From positions 14,010,524 to 14,074,523 of the forward strand of contig CAVNZM010000004.1 in NCBI GenBank assembly GCA_963693365.1: a stretch of 64,000 bases of DNA, written 5' to 3'. Below, one piece after another: positions 1-30,318 of the stretch. Every line of letters begins with the position of its first letter. Position 1 is the stretch's first letter. A program made the translations under genes and the position numbers. The notes beneath the pieces are model-generated. The model saw nothing but the letters and a program-made list of their open reading frames with translations, had not been told where the DNA came from and ran no database searches. The DNA comes from Amoebidium appalachense (taxonomy: Eukaryota; Protista; Ichthyosporea).

Positions 1-199
1 AAGAGGAGGCGGGGGAGGGGGTTAAAAATGTTTTACAGCTTAAGAAGTATGCAATCACGATGGACAAAAGCACTCAAAGCCTGCAAAGCACACACAGAAT
101 ATGCACCATAAGTAGCCTATAATCCGGGAGAGGAGGGGGGAGAGAGGGGGGGGGGAGGGGCAAGCAAAGTGAGCAGCATGCAGCCACATGCACACTCAC

Positions 200-1225
200 C
201 GTCAGCTGCTCCTTCTTCTTCTGGCGGCACAGCTGGGCCGCCTCTCTGTTCTTCTCCCTCCTGCGCTGGTATCTGAGCTCGGCCACGGGCCCATCATCCA
301 CACTGGCCCGCCTGCCCCCCTGGCTGACCATGGAGTCCACAGAGTGACGACGGCACCTTGCTTTGCGCGTGCTACTGGGGGCATCATCCATGCGCACATC
401 ACCGCTATCATCACTGCGTGTGGGCGGTGTGGCTGGCTTCTGGCCTACCCCGGGCTCGTGTTTGACCCCTTCTTCTGCCTCTCTTTCTGCTGACGCCACT
501 GCGGCCAGGGCCATAAGCGAGTTGAAGCCCTGTCCAGGCCCAGCACTTATGGTGTGGGGGTATGTCTGTGTGTGCTGGGCCACGGTGTCTGTGGAGTAGC
601 GCCGCTGCATGGCTGTGTCGTCCCCCTCTAGCTGCTGCACCTCCCACGTGCTCCGTGCATACTCGGGGGGTGCAAAGTAGTGTGTGTGCTCGGCCCCCCA
701 TAGCTGCAAGGAGGTATTTTGTGTGTGTGTGTGTGGGGGGAGGGGGGGGAGGGGGGAGGGGGGAGGGGGGGGGGGAGGGGAGATATATTGTTACACCGGG
801 CACATATCATGTACGTAGAGTGCCTTCCTGAACCACAAGGTTGTCGGTGTTTGTGGATCATGTTGACCCTTCTGCACTTTTAATGCATTCGTTCCTCACA
901 GAAGCATGTGCATGTGCTTTGAATCATCATACATGCACACCTGTCGAATCTGCACGTATACATATGCATCACTGCAAGCAGGCACGAGACGCAGGAGTTC
1001 TTAGGGCCCATCTACAAACAAACCCAATCACATAAGCATACGCAGATACACAATACCTCACACAACAGCACGCACCGGTCTTCTAAGCATTTGCCCCCCC
1101 TCCCCCCCCCCGGCGGAACATGCCCCCCCTCCCCCCTCCCCCCCTTCTCTTGTGGGTAGGTGTGCTACCGTCATAGGCTGGGGGCCACCTGCCACCACTG
1201 CGGCCTGTCCGGGCACAGCCATCAT
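200..1225 (-). CDS. bZIP transcription factor (ATF/CREB-like basic region), partial; continues off the left edge
   Basis: Exon 703-200 (AG at 705-704, GT at 199-198) encodes RRREKNREAAQLCRQKKKEQL, a classic bZIP basic region. A tentative first coding exon 1225-1169 (MMAVPGQ...PMT, phase 0) joins in frame. The leucine-zipper exon would lie before position 1. Confidence 0.8.
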
Positions 1226-2642
1226 ATGGAAGGATCCTTCCTAGACCCGCAGGTATCTGCACACGGTGCGTGTCGTTAGCACCTAGACCACCATGACAAA
1301 AGAGTATGCTGAAGGAAGGTTACTTTGCTTGAAACGAAGTCTCAGCAGGATCCAGGGGGCTGGTACCCACCCAAACGACGGCAGCATGGAATATGACATT
1401 CATGAAACGGTAAAAAGAAAAAAATGAAACTGGTGCCTTTCGCTCGCTTTTCTATCTTGTTCCTCACTTTCTCTCCGCCTCTTTCGTCCTCAGGTTGACT
1501 CGCCTCAAACACATGCTTACTCTCTCTTTCTCTCCACCCCCTCCCCACCACCCCCTTCCGCAACCCCCTCCCCACCCGCCCTCTGGTCCCCTCAATCCTT
1601 ACGCATGGTTAACATAGAAACGAAGCCTCTACAACAGTCTGCAGAAGGGAGACAGATGAGATCTACCACTTTGGTGCTGAAGTGTCGTCCCCTTATTACT
1701 CGCCCTGCACACGGGCTCATCGCTCGCTCTAGTAACGGTACAGAGCATCACCCCTACACTAGCCTTATGGCTGTGTATAAGATCTTGCATAGAGCGTGTG
1801 ACCCACACCTACCTAATATTTAAAAATGAACCAGCTCCGCAACGCTTGGTACCAAGTCCCACCAGAGGCAATACTGTGTGCACTGTTCCCACCACGTTAC
1901 AACTTGACGCCCTCCTAAAGATGCCTGAATCTCATCTGCCCAATACTTAACCCTACCACCACCATTAGCTGGCCGTCGAAGCTAACACAAAAAAGGCTGG
2001 GTGGCCCAACTCCAAGTTTTCTCTTTCAGTATCATATCAGCTGGTGTTCAAAGCCGGGGTCCCGACTCCCTCCGGTGACGACAGACTGGAGCCTCTGAGG
2101 TGGCAGCCAATAGGAAGAGGGGTAATGATGCAATGTGACGCATGCAAAAGCAGCCGGCTCACGCGTGAGCCGGCCTTAGGGGGCGGGTATTGCTCGTGTT
2201 TTCACATAAAAGCATGGTTTCCCCCCCTGTATCCTAGTGGTTTTTGAAGGTGTTATTGGCTTTCTTCTATTTTTTTCTCTTTATTTACAGTTCAAAGCTT
2301 TCATTGCCTGGGTGTGGGAACCAGCTGTTCCGGCAATGCATTGAGGGTGTGTCATTTTGATTGGATGAGGGTAATGTCCATAAATGTCTATTTTCGAGTC
2401 CACTCACTACTGACTCACTCTCAAGAAAGAAGAGCTACACCTGAATGAGCCATATTGCAACAGGTTTCCTTTGAAAGCAGAATCATCCATTAAATGGAAT
2501 TATTTGTGCGATTTGGTGTGGTCTCGGGTACAATGCTGGAATACTGCAGGGGAGCCACTTACAACAGAATTGATTTGCCCCCGTTTGCCAAGCCTCTGAG
2601 CCGTGAGGCGCGCCGTCCCGAAAAACTTGCACATTGAGTGAC

Positions 2643-2710
2643 TGTACTGATTGCATTTACGCATATGCGCATAGGGTGTACTGATTGCATTTACGCATAT
2701 GCGCATAGGG
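2643..2710. repeat. 34-bp direct tandem duplication containing the palindrome CGCATATGCG
   Basis: TGTACTGATTGCATTTACGCATATGCGCATAGGG at 2643-2676 and 2677-2710. Confidence 0.9.
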
Positions 2711-3811
2711 GAAAAAAATCCATGCAGGTTTCATTGTATTGGTTACTGAAAGATAAAACATATAGTATTTTAACAAACGATTGTAAATTTCAAATTTTGC
2801 TCACAGAATTGCACTCGGACGTCGGATCTCTCAGTTTGTTTACTTTTTGCCCCCCTCTGGTCAAGGAGATTCCCCTGTGAATCATCTCTTGCAATTGCAA
2901 GCTGCAGCGGGCCGGCCACGGCACTTGCCAGGTGACTCTCCACCACCTAACGTGCACACTATCCTATGACCCTATAGGTATTTGGAATGCATAATCTAAT
3001 AAGCACAACCGTTATCGTGCATGTGCCCACATAAAAATATTCCAGTAATATGTACATATGCAGCTGTTTTTTTTTTTTCCCGGATACGTGTCGACACAGG
3101 AGCCTTCTCATTCTTTCAAAAATGTTCTTTCTGTTGAAAGCAGCACACTATATAGCCAATATACGTATGCTCTGACCACTCTGGTCAGAAGGGTATGCAG
3201 CCTGCAAGAGAGTCAACACCAAACAGCTTGAAGAGAATCTCGAAACCCTAGGAGCCTCACTGACTATTCATGCCCATCCACAGGACTTGAAACGGAGTAT
3301 GACAGAGGGCCATATTGCCAGTAACATATTCATCAAACATGTCCCCTGCATTTGCGGGGTTCACGAGCATAAATTAAATAATGACATTCTTCAGCTGGGA
3401 GAGGCAGGCGAGGGCATGGGGTGTATGGGTGCCAGTGAGATGTTGTGATGGTGGTCGGGTGCGTGCGCGCGTGTGGTGGGGTGGTGGGGTAAAGGAGCCG
3501 GGGGTGGGGGGGAGAGGGTGGGTGTTGGGGGGGAGGGGGGGGGGGGGGGGGGGGGAGGGAGCTTTTAATTCTAAAAGACAATAAAAAGTGTATCCCGGCA
3601 CCCTACACAAAACCCACAAGATACCCATGGTCATAGCATGCAATATTGCTCCTGCACCACCAAATACAATGTACCACCTAACAGGTTCGATGATTTTAAA
3701 AGAGCGCCATAGTTCATACCGTTTGAAAGTCCAAATTCAGCCTAAATCTAAATTAATACCAGAAGCATTTTCGAACAACCGACACATTCTCCAATAGTTT
3801 GAAATCGCCAA

Positions 3812-19834
<16,023 letters not shown>

Positions 19835-22062
19835 GTTGTTGCCTCGTGGTATGGGTGAATGAATGTTTTATATTGTCTACAAACTAAACTATATAATTCA
19901 TTCACATCTGGTACTGTTGTGAAAAGGAAATAATGGATTGGCCTTTCGGAGGGAAAAATGTAGCACAAAAAAAAGGTTTGTAAACCCCACTTACAAACGG
20001 TGATACTGATCCAAAATTCCAAAACTAAAGAAAAAAAAAAAACAGAAAAAAAAAAGACACAGTGCGAACTTCAATATTTAAATACTACCACCTGCCCGCC
20101 CTGCCCGATATCGTCAGTCAGTGGAGGTGGTTGAATGATACGAATGAAGCCGTTCACAGTCCGTGCAAGCACATGTTACGAGTCCTTTGTTCAAAATGGA
20201 TGAAAGGGCATGCGCATGGGTGGAAACAAACAAATAACTGCCCCGTCCTTGCCTTCAAAAGTGCGCCTAGTTGTGTTCAGGGAGCTAGCACAATTATATT
20301 TGGGGCACCTAGTAGGTGGTTAGGTGACAGAATGCCACCCTGCCGTATGGCGTAAGCGTACTGGGGACACAGGACAGGTACACGAGTGACAACAAGGCTG
20401 ATTTTAGTGAGTGCACATCTGCCACACACACTGCTCGTGAAAAATTGTATTATTGGAAAAGTGGCGCTAGAGGGCACGGCGCAACACAAACCAGTTTGGT
20501 CATGCAGTACCTCGTGTGAGTGCCTTGTGTGCGTGTGTGTGCACATGTACAATATATACGGTGATTTATATATTACAAACGTTCAAAACCGAAACTCTGA
20601 GTGAACGAACCACCCTTTGTAGGGCCTGGCCTCAGCAGCAAACTTTGTGGTGCCATGTCTTGATCAAGTTGGCTGCGGTCGCCCTTGATGAGCCGTCAAA
20701 GGCGTCAAACTGATTTTTAAAATAGCATAAAAATGTGCAAATAGTCGGGGTTTATTTTTTGCTGCAATGAAAAAACAGTACAACCCCCTCAAATGAGCCT
20801 TGCCAGGATATTGAACCCTCTTTTTCACATTTTAAAAATGAAATTGCAGTTCAGATCCTGGTCAAAGGGATTTACGTCATGATAATTTATGGAACAAGTT
20901 GATTGGACGCTTTTTGAATTTCGAAACGAAGAATCGTATGCCGTCCGAGTTTACACTGCATATGTATCATATTTTAACTATTGCTGTTGTTTACGCTGCT
21001 TCCGCCACAATTGTCTTGCAAGTGTAGCCAAGTTTTATAAATACATTGTACGCCTGCACAAAGCAAGTACCGTCAGTGACCGCGGGACTCTTGGGGGGCG
21101 GCCGGGCGCATACAAACAGCTAAATCGCAGCCAATCCAATTAATCTGGTTCAGATCCATCCAACCGATTGGCTAATCGCAACAGCCGTTCATGTTTCAAA
21201 CCCCGGAACAAGCCCTGGAGGACCATGCAGACTGATGATCGCCTACCACCTACTGAGGCGGTGTCTCCTTTTTTTTTTTTTTTTTTTTTGCCGCCTGAGT
21301 AGATGTAAAAACGTCGCACGTGCGGCAACACGTCAGTACGTGTTAGGATGATCGCATATATCCTAACAAAATGTGAACGAAACCTTGGCAAAGACTAGAG
21401 GACGTGCGTTGTGCAATCAGCTAAATGACAATGGTCTACAAGTTTCGATGTGATAGGCATGCGCTTACCTAGGCATGAGGTGACATTGGGCAGGCGCTGC
21501 ACGTCTATATAGTAGACGGTGCCATGTATGGAGGGAGTGTGCAGATGGGGCTTGGTGGTGGCATCTCATGGTTGGGCGAAGTTGTGGTGACTTATAATCA
21601 ATGGTGGTAATGTAACCGTGCCATAATTCTTAAAAACTTGATGATGCAGTAAGATTCACCGGGTCTAGATCTACAGTTAGTGTGTGGCCGTGGTGGAATC
21701 ATAATGGCTGATAATGGTAGTACATGCTTAGTAAAAATCGTGTAAGCTTGTGGGGCGGCCCAGGCAGGGAAGAGGGGAAGGGGGGCGGGGGGCGGGGGGG
21801 GGAGCGATAGAAAAATGTTCCCGTGGTTCCTCCTACCCCCCCCACCCCCCCCCCCTCCCCTACCCCCATGCTCGGAGAGGTGCCCCGCCGCCGCCCAACC
21901 CTCTCCTCCCCCCTCCCCCCCCACCACCACCACCAACTTGGCCCTTAAGCTAACCACGCGCAGTACGTATACCTGTGAATGTGCTAAGCGTCTGCCTGCT
22001 TTATTGACCCGCGCACACATGTTACTGAAGCAGCGTTGACAGTGTGTGTATGTGTATGTGTT

Positions 22063-22093
<31 letters not shown>

Positions 22094-22585
22094 CTGTGTG
22101 TGTGTGTGAAGTTGCCGATGAATGTATGCTTTGAGATGGTGGGGTTGAGCGGGTAGAAAGGGACGGACACGGGGGAAAGGGGGAGGGGAAGGGTGGGGGA
22201 AGAGGGGAGAGAGAGGAGGGGGGGGGGGGGGGGGGGGAGTGAAAGGGAAAAGGAGGGAGAGATCATGTGGGGTGCGCGCACGTGTGTGCGCCTGCAGCTG
22301 GTTGCACGTATGTGTGTGTGTGTGTGTTGTACAGTGTGTGTTAATACCCGAGTATACTACATGTGTGCATGTGTGAGTGTGTGGGCGTGTGTGTATGCAT
22401 GAATGTGCGTGATGTGTGCATGCGTGCCTGTTTCAGTTGGTGTGTGTGCGTGTGTGGCAAGTGTGCCAGCACGTTTTCCCCCTGACTATGTTTGGTGTGT
22501 GTGTGCATGAAAGCAAATTTTTTTGGTGGTGTAACTCATGGTGTAGCTGTGTTTGTGTGCACGTAGGTGAAATCCCAACCACATC

Positions 22586-23027
22586 GGCAGAGTCAACTTG
22601 CTCCGAGCACATTATTCTGCAAAAAGCAGAATTATTCAGCAGAATGCAGATATGCAGAATTATACAGTAAAATGCAGAATTATACAGCAAAATGCAGAAT
22701 TATTCAGCAAAATGAAGAATCACGCAGCAAAATGCGAATTTTACAGCAAAATGCAGAATAATACAGCTAAATGCATGATAATTCTGCCTAATGCAGAATT
22801 ATTCTCCTCCGAGCAGAATCATTCCGCCCTTAGCAGAATCACCCTGTTTTTAGCAGAATTATTCTGCAAAAAGCAGGGCTATTCTGCTCACAGCAGCAGA
22901 ATAACTTGCTCAAAGCAAATTCTGCATTTGGCAGAAAAAAATTGCTCTTAGCAGGATATTTCTGCTCTTAGCAGAATATTTCTTCTTTCACAGAATAATT
23001 CTCTGCTCGGAACAAGTTGACTCTGCC
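22586..23027. mobile_element. Non-autonomous DNA transposon (MITE/foldback-like) with 24-bp TIRs and subterminal GCAGAAT repeats
   Basis: Left end GGCAGAGTCAACTTGCTCCGAGCA; right end reverse complement GGCAGAGTCAACTTGTTCCGAGCA (1 mismatch). The interior has many GCAGAAT/ATTCTGC units. No TSD visible. Confidence 0.7.
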
Positions 23028-23032
23028 AGGCG

Positions 23033-23100
<68 letters not shown>

Positions 23101-23240
23101 GCGCGTGTGTGTGTGTGGGGGGGGGGGGGGGGGTGCGTGCGTGTGTGTGCTTGGCGTGTGTGTGTGTGCGCGCGCGTGTGCGCGTGCGTGCGTGCGTGTG
23201 TGCGTGCGTGCGTGCGTGTGTGTGTGTGTGTGTGTGTGCG

Positions 23241-23291
<51 letters not shown>

Positions 23292-23908
23292 CTGCGTGTG
23301 TGCACAAGTGCGTGTACAGTTGGCGCAGGGAAGCGGGGGGAGGGGGGGGGGGGGGGGGGATGCCCGTGCTGTGTAGCCTGGCATTTGTAGGCAAAGGACA
23401 GACCCACCTACTGAAGTGGCTGGTGGATGCCCCCTCCCCTCCCTCCTCCCCCGGTTTCAAATTCCCTTAGCCATGCACGTACATTGGGGGAGTTCTTACG
23501 AACGATGTCCATTTCAGTTGGCAAAATACCGTTTACTTTTTTGTAGATTAGACCAACGATTTCATGAAAGGAATCACCACAACCGGATGCTTGATATGCC
23601 ATATATATATCCCATAAGTGTTGTATTGATTATACAACTTCAACAGGCCACATTATGTAAATATAGCCTAGAGCAATATTTAATTATATGTCAAGTATCA
23701 TTGATAGACGAAGTAAAGTTATTCACCTCGTATACTGAATAAACATATCACCGAAAATGAAGTCTTTTGATGCACATAGGAATCAACATCTGACGGTGGC
23801 TCCGACATGTGTAGAAGTATTGCATTAGATAAGTCATGTGCTGCTGAAGCTATACTAGTGGCGGTGTTTGTGTTCGGTAGTTTTTTTTTTTCTTTTTCTT
23901 TTTTTTTT

Positions 23909-23978
<70 letters not shown>

Positions 23979-24041
23979 GTAATTGTTGGGGGACTTGGTT
24001 GTGTGGGTGTTATCAGTGTGTGTGTGTGTGTGGGATGTGTG

Positions 24042-24097
<56 letters not shown>

Positions 24098-24468
24098 CTT
24101 GCTCGTGTGTGTGCGGGGGCAAGAGAAAGGGGAAGGGGCTGAGGTGGAAGGGGGTGGGCGGGAAGCTTGAGGAGGGGGGGCGAGAGGGGAAGGGGGGGGG
24201 GGGGGGGGGGCTATCCGCAGCTGAGCCCATAGGATTTATCTGCTGTGTATTTGCAGGTTCTGGTGAGCAGGAAATACAGACCCCCCTCCCCCCCCCTTCT
24301 TGCCCTGCCTTATACCCCCGGCCCTTCACCTCCAGATACCTTTGTGGTTCTGCAGCAGCTCTTAGACATGTGGATTAGTTGTCCTCGGGACATCAAAATG
24401 ATTGCACCTCATAACCAATCCAGTGTGCAAAGAAAGCATAGGTCGAGGGGATGGGTGGGTGGGTGGGT

Positions 24469-24506
<38 letters not shown>

Positions 24507-24576
24507 AGGGGGGAGGAGGAGGAAAGATAAACTTCGAAAAGAGTAGCCTGGATGTGGCGCGGAGTGGGGGAGACCG

Positions 24577-24618
<42 letters not shown>

Positions 24619-24925
24619 TGTGAGGGGGAATGACTATCATAAAAAGCAGGGAAATGCCTCTTTCTTTTTCTCTAGTTCGATCCATGGACTGTATATTGTT
24701 CTCACGTGCTCAGTGGCGTTTAGGGTTTTTATTTATTTTTAACACGTTTATCTTGTTTTTTTACTTGCGTGCTTGTTACAGATCAACGTCTATCTTAGGA
24801 AATGCCAAAATGGTGGTTTGCCCGGGCCCAGTTGTAATAAACCAGATGTCAGGGCCAATTTGCCCGGGGGGCTTCAATTAATTGTGTGTGTGAGGGTGGG
24901 GGTGGGGGCGGGGGATGGGGGCAGG

Positions 24926-24961
<36 letters not shown>

Positions 24962-25438
24962 GGGGACAGGGGAAGAAGGAGGTGCGCTCTCGATCTGGGT
25001 TGCAGGATATTGGAGAGGCATGCGGTGGCACATTTTCTTTTTCTTTTTTTTTTTTTTCTTGGGGGAGGTGGGGGGGGGGGGGGGGGGGGGGTCTCAGGCT
25101 GAGTGGAGGGAGAGAGGGGTCGAGTATGTGCTTGGAGGGTTTAGCTGCAGCTTCGGTTTGTTTTCCTTTTTGGGTACTTGTGCGACTGTATGAATTCAAG
25201 GGGCAACCCACCGTGAGAGCATATAAATGCTTTTGTGCTTGCTGGCCTGTCCGTGCAAGCGTGTGCATGTGTGGTTGGAGGGTGTCTGCATGCATTGGTG
25301 TAACTGTGTGCGCCTGCATGTCTGGGTCTCGTGAGTGAATGGATAAATTAAATGCGTGTGGTTGCCTGGGTGTGTGGGGGTGTGGATAGGTGGGCGTAGT
25401 TGTTGCTACTTGGCCTCACATGTGTGGTGTGTGTGTGT

Positions 25439-25491
<53 letters not shown>

Positions 25492-25820
25492 TGGTGGTGG
25501 TGGCGGTGGTGGTGGTGGTGGTGGTGGTGGGGGGGGGGGGGGGGGGGGGGGGGAGGAAGGGAGGAGGACGTGCACCAGCACGCAACGGTGTGTGGGCTAT
25601 ATCCAGAAGTCTTGTACGTGTTTGCTGTGTTTGTTAGGCGTTTGTGTGCACTTACCTCGAGGTACTCGGAGAACGGTAGAGGATATAATGTGTGGTGAAG
25701 GCGGGGGAAGAGACTAAGGAGAAAATGCAGATTTTTACTTGCATGCCATTGGCCTGTCGGGGTCAGGGGAATGTGACCATGGGGTTGGAGGGGGAAAGAG
25801 AGTGGTGGGTGTGTGTGTGT

Positions 25821-25856
<36 letters not shown>

Positions 25857-26453
25857 TGTGTATCCGTAGGAGGGGTTGGGGAGGTTAAAACTTATTTATT
25901 TATTTTTTTCATTTTCATTTTCTTCTTCCTTTCCCTTCCCCCCCCCCCCCCCCCCCCCCCCCCACACACACACACATCCATTACTTTTATTTTCCTTTTT
26001 TTTTTTTTTTTTTTCTCTCTCTCTTTTCTTTTCTTTCCCTTTTTTTTTCTTTTTTTTCCCGTTTTTGGAAGAGGCGGGGGCGGGGGGCGGGGGGGAGGAA
26101 GGGGGGGGGGAGGGGGGGGGGAGGAGGGGGCTAACATATTGCGCACTCATCCTCCCACGTAGCCTACGCGAAACAACTATTATACACAGCGGTCACAGAG
26201 GAGGGTAGTGGGCCCGATGAGTTTAACCTCCTTTTGTTCACCGATGCAGATCCGCATCATTTTCAAAAATTTAGGAATTGTTGACCTTCAGAAAAGACAT
26301 GACGCATCTTGTGCACAAGTAACATCACAGTCGGAGTTTTGTTTCTTTCTGTTTCCTTTGAATAAGATCCCTCCCGCCCTCTCCCCTCACTCTCCCCTCC
26401 CCTCCCCCTCCCCCTCCCCCTCCCCTCCCCTCCCCCTACCCCCCCCCCCCCTC

Positions 26454-27063
26454 TGTAAACAGTTGAACTAGTTGGGATAAGGCAGAGAACAACTGAATCA
26501 GAATAAAGACAGAGAACGGGTAGTAAGGCACACGCGGCCAGGTTACTATTTAATGTGCTCGTTCAGAGTGATCCCCCGTACTGGGACGGCTTGTTTATAT
26601 AGCCCCCAGGTTCCGGATCATCTGGATGGGTGGCATTGATGCCTTCGTGACTTCTGACCAGTCAGAAGAGTGCGGTCGTCTTTATGTGCACACAGTGCAC
26701 CAATAACATGAAGCTAACTAAAAGGATAACTTTGTGGCAAATGATTGGTCAATACTTAAGCCCGTTTAGGTTTATGCAACTGGGTCTGATTTCCTTATTG
26801 GTTCCGTTCGTTTAGCTATAGATGTCGCCTCCGTAGTGGATGAGACTTGCATTCCTATCCTAGCGGTTCTCGAATTCTATTGGTTCATACTGACTGCACG
26901 GCCACTGCATATTGCCGGCGCCGCGGCTCAGTCGTGAGCCGCAGCCCGCGGCTGTCGCGTGTGATATTGATCTGATCATATGTACACAATATCTACGTGA
27001 TCACTATGATATGTACAGTATATTCGTAATAGTAAACATGTACGGCGTGTACAGATGTTTACA
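26454..27063 (-). repeat. 3' LTR of element A (610 bp)
   Basis: TGTAAACA...TGTTTACA. Matches 44470-45079 except for one substitution seen (A27031 vs G45047). TATA-like CTATATAAAC on the minus strand at ~26593-26602. Confidence 0.97.
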
Positions 27064-27128
27064 CTCCCCCCCTTCTCGGGAGCCTGGTGGTATGGTCTGG
27101 AGACGGTAAACCACCAGGCTGAGGGAAG

Positions 27129-29392
27129 TTAGCGACGTCGGCGCTTCTTTCGTGCGGGCTGGCTGGCAGGGCCGGCCACCAAAGTACCTAGGTAGTCTGT
27201 GAGTGCTCCTGCGGCTGTGTCTTGCAGGCCGGAGTGAGGTTCCCAGGTGTCGTTCTTAGCCGTGTACCCTTTCCAACGAACTTTGTAAAGGGCTTGGGCA
27301 GTTGCCGAGTCGTACTTGTGGGCAATAATTTTTGCCACTTCGAAGGTGGGGGTGGGTGAATCTTGCGGACCAGAGTCGGCTGGCGTCATATCAACGTCGT
27401 CACGGGGAAAATACGGCTTCAAGTGACGTGCGTGTGCTCGAACGGTGTCCGTTGACCCAACCCGCTGAATTTCGTAAGACATGGGGGCGTCGGTAACGCG
27501 CCGCAGGACGCGATACGGACCTTCCCATTTAGGTCTGAGTGCCGTGGGTAGACTGTGGTCGGTGGTGGAGTCTGTGACTGCTTTCAACACCAGACCCTCG
27601 AGTTCTGTGGGTTCACGAGCATTTTTGTTAGCCGTGATTTTACTACGACGGGCAGCTTCAGACATAATTCGTGTGACTGTTTGCCGGGCATACTGCACTC
27701 GTTGCAGTAGTTCTCGACGGTATTCCTCCGTCTCCATCCCACATGAAGCCGCAATTGGGGGGCGGGGGGGCTCGACCGGATCTCTGCCATAAAGCATGAA
27801 GAATGGCGTGTCCCCCAAGGAAGAGTGGTAGGCGGTGCGGTAGGAAAACAGTACTTGCGGTAAGTAGTCAATCCATTCGTGGTGTTTATCCTGCACGAGA
27901 GTGGCAAGAATATTCTTAAGTGTGCGATTGAATCGCTCTACGGCACCATTGGTCTGGGGGCTGTAGGGACTTGCAAAAATTCGTTTTGTAGCCAACACTC
28001 GACAGACATCTGTGACCAACATAGCTGCCAAATTCGCGCCGTTGTCTGATACTAAAAATTCCGGATGACCGTGACGGCAGTAGATGGAGTCTTCGAATGC
28101 CTTTGCCACATCTTCGGCTGTGGGTGTTTTGTGAAATAAAATCACTTCCGGCCAGCGAGTGAAGAGGTCGAGAAACACCAACAGGGAAACTCTGAGATCA
28201 GATTTCGTAGGCATCTCAGTAATGTCCATAGACACGTATTGAAAGGGATAGGTGGGGATAAAACCATCGTGAATTCGTAGTTTCTTTTGCATTCGGGGTG
28301 TCTTCCGGTATTGACAGGCTTTGCATGTGGTTACCCACTGCACCGAGTCTTGCCATACACGTGGCCACCATGCTATCTGGGTAACACGGTGGAAGGTGCG
28401 TGCTGCGTCGAGGTGACCTGCGGTTGGGGCGTCGTGACATGCGGCCAAAACGAGGCGCACAAGCGTAGACGGCACCCAAATTCGTGGTTCCTTGCTGGGT
28501 TTGCGGGGGCCACGCTGTTCTAGGACCCACACATACACAAGGTCATTGTCTATGGTGCAGCGACTAGCTTCCATCGCGATTTCGTTGCCAAATAATTCGT
28601 AGCCCGGTGCTTTTTCCAGGTAGGCCCTGACTTTCGCAATGTGTTTATCAGCCTTCTGTGCTGACACATACTGTTCATAGGTGGGCATTCGTCCATCCGC
28701 TTTTGGGGGAATAAATTCTGGCGGCGTGGTATTAGGTTTCGTGGGTTCAGCTGGGGGTGGGTGGGTGGCAGCTTGTGCCTGCGCTGTCGCTGCGGCGGAG
28801 CGTGTTACCGCAAACACCGTGGACGAGCCCGAGACTGTGCCGATCAGTGAGGGGTATGTCAGCTCAGTATCTTCGGGTCCTGGTTGCGCATTTTCTTTAG
28901 ATGGCCGAGAGAGTCCATCAGCATTGCTGTGGTGTTTGCCCGCCCTGTGCTGAATTTCGTATGTGTATGCGGAAAGCGCCATTTGCCAGCCTGCAACAAC
29001 AGGTTCCGGTGCATCGCCGGTAGACAGAATGCGCGTCAAGCTGGAGTGGTCGGTTCGTAACAAGAAAGGAGCCCCATAGGTGTAAGCGCGAAATGCTTTG
29101 CACACAGCCCAATACACACCTAAGGCTTCCCTTTTATTCGCCGCATAATTTCGTTCACTCTTAGAGAGTGTTCTGCTAGCATAAGCTATGGGTCGTTCTT
29201 TGCCGTCATCACCTACCTGCGAAATCACTGCGCCCAGAGCATACTGTGAAGCATCTGAGTCAACAATAAAAGGTTTGGTGAAATCGGGGTGAGCAAGCAC
29301 AGGTGCATTAATTAACGCATTCTTAAGGGTATCGTATGCTTTCTCCTGTTCCGTACCCCACACCCATGCAGCATTTTTCTGTGCTTTCTTTT
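27129..29392 (-). CDS. pol: Element A pol, 3' part: RNase H, integrase, GPY/F motif and chromodomain
   Basis: DSDASQYALGAV...RTDH (RNase H); HDAPTAGH...CKAC zinc finger; DITE/SDNG/ERFNR catalytic DDE; KWEGPYRV; FEVAKII...YKVRWKGY...DTWEP chromodomain; RKKRRRR tail. The first ~80 aa of the listed ORF come from the Copia LTR. In frame with 36172-37824 once the Copia is removed (ATKKKAQKN). Confidence 0.95.
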
Positions 29393-30318
29393 TGTTAATT
29401 TCTATAAGTATTTTGGGATGAAAGCAGAGACACAGTGGTGCAGTGTGAAAACACCACAGACACACACAACAACAAAACACGGAACGATCGGAGCAGTGTA
29501 CACAACAGACATCAATGTTTAGACACGACTGAACTGAATTTATTCTGATCTTCGAATAAATACCTGAAATTCCTCTAAGTCCAATCCATACATGATTTCC
29601 GACCAGTCGGAAATCAGATCCATCTCTAATAGAAACCAATCACTAAGAACCAATTGCTTTCAGAGAGATCCGGTACGCGGAGGCGTACACGATAGGACAC
29701 AGACACTAGTTAAGATCAACTCGTGTCATCATCAAGGAAGTTCTAACCTATGACATACTGCAAAGACTCAGACATATCACACTTAACCTTGATGATTGGT
29801 TAAAGCCCGGCAACACATGAAAACTAAAGTGAATTAATGAAGTCTAAACACACATGCTATTCTAAGTGTAGCCTAAGTGTGTTACCGTCCAATGAACACG
29901 TATTAAGTAACACAAATCTACCTAACATATATTAGTAGAAAAGAAATACGATTATACACATGAAGACAAGGAGAGAAAGAAAAGAAAATAAGGAAGGAGA
30001 AAGAGGAAGGAAAAGAGAGCACAGATCAACAAACAAGATAGTAATAGCATAACTATAACCAGAGATATTTATGTACACACGAACATGTACACGTCTCTCC
30101 CTGAGTGGGTGGATCCGTGTACACACATATAAATATTCTAATCGATATTACAATACACGATTAAAGCCGATACAACACGATTACAAGTATACAAGCATAT
30201 CGGAGATCGATGCTACACTTTACATAATAGGAGTGTGGCATTTACACTAAGCATATGAACTGAAACATAACACAAACTGAGAAGATCTTACCATATGTAA
30301 ATACTACGTATTACAACA
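29393..30318 (-). repeat. 3' LTR of Copia element (926 bp)
   Basis: TGTTAAT...ATTACAACA, direct repeat of 35246-36171. Confidence 0.96.

Noticed and set aside
29393-29639. N-terminal MVSIRDG... segment of the 836-aa ORF as a novel pol domain
   Set aside because: It is Copia LTR sequence (repeated at 35246-35492) that happens to be in frame with the interrupted Gypsy pol.
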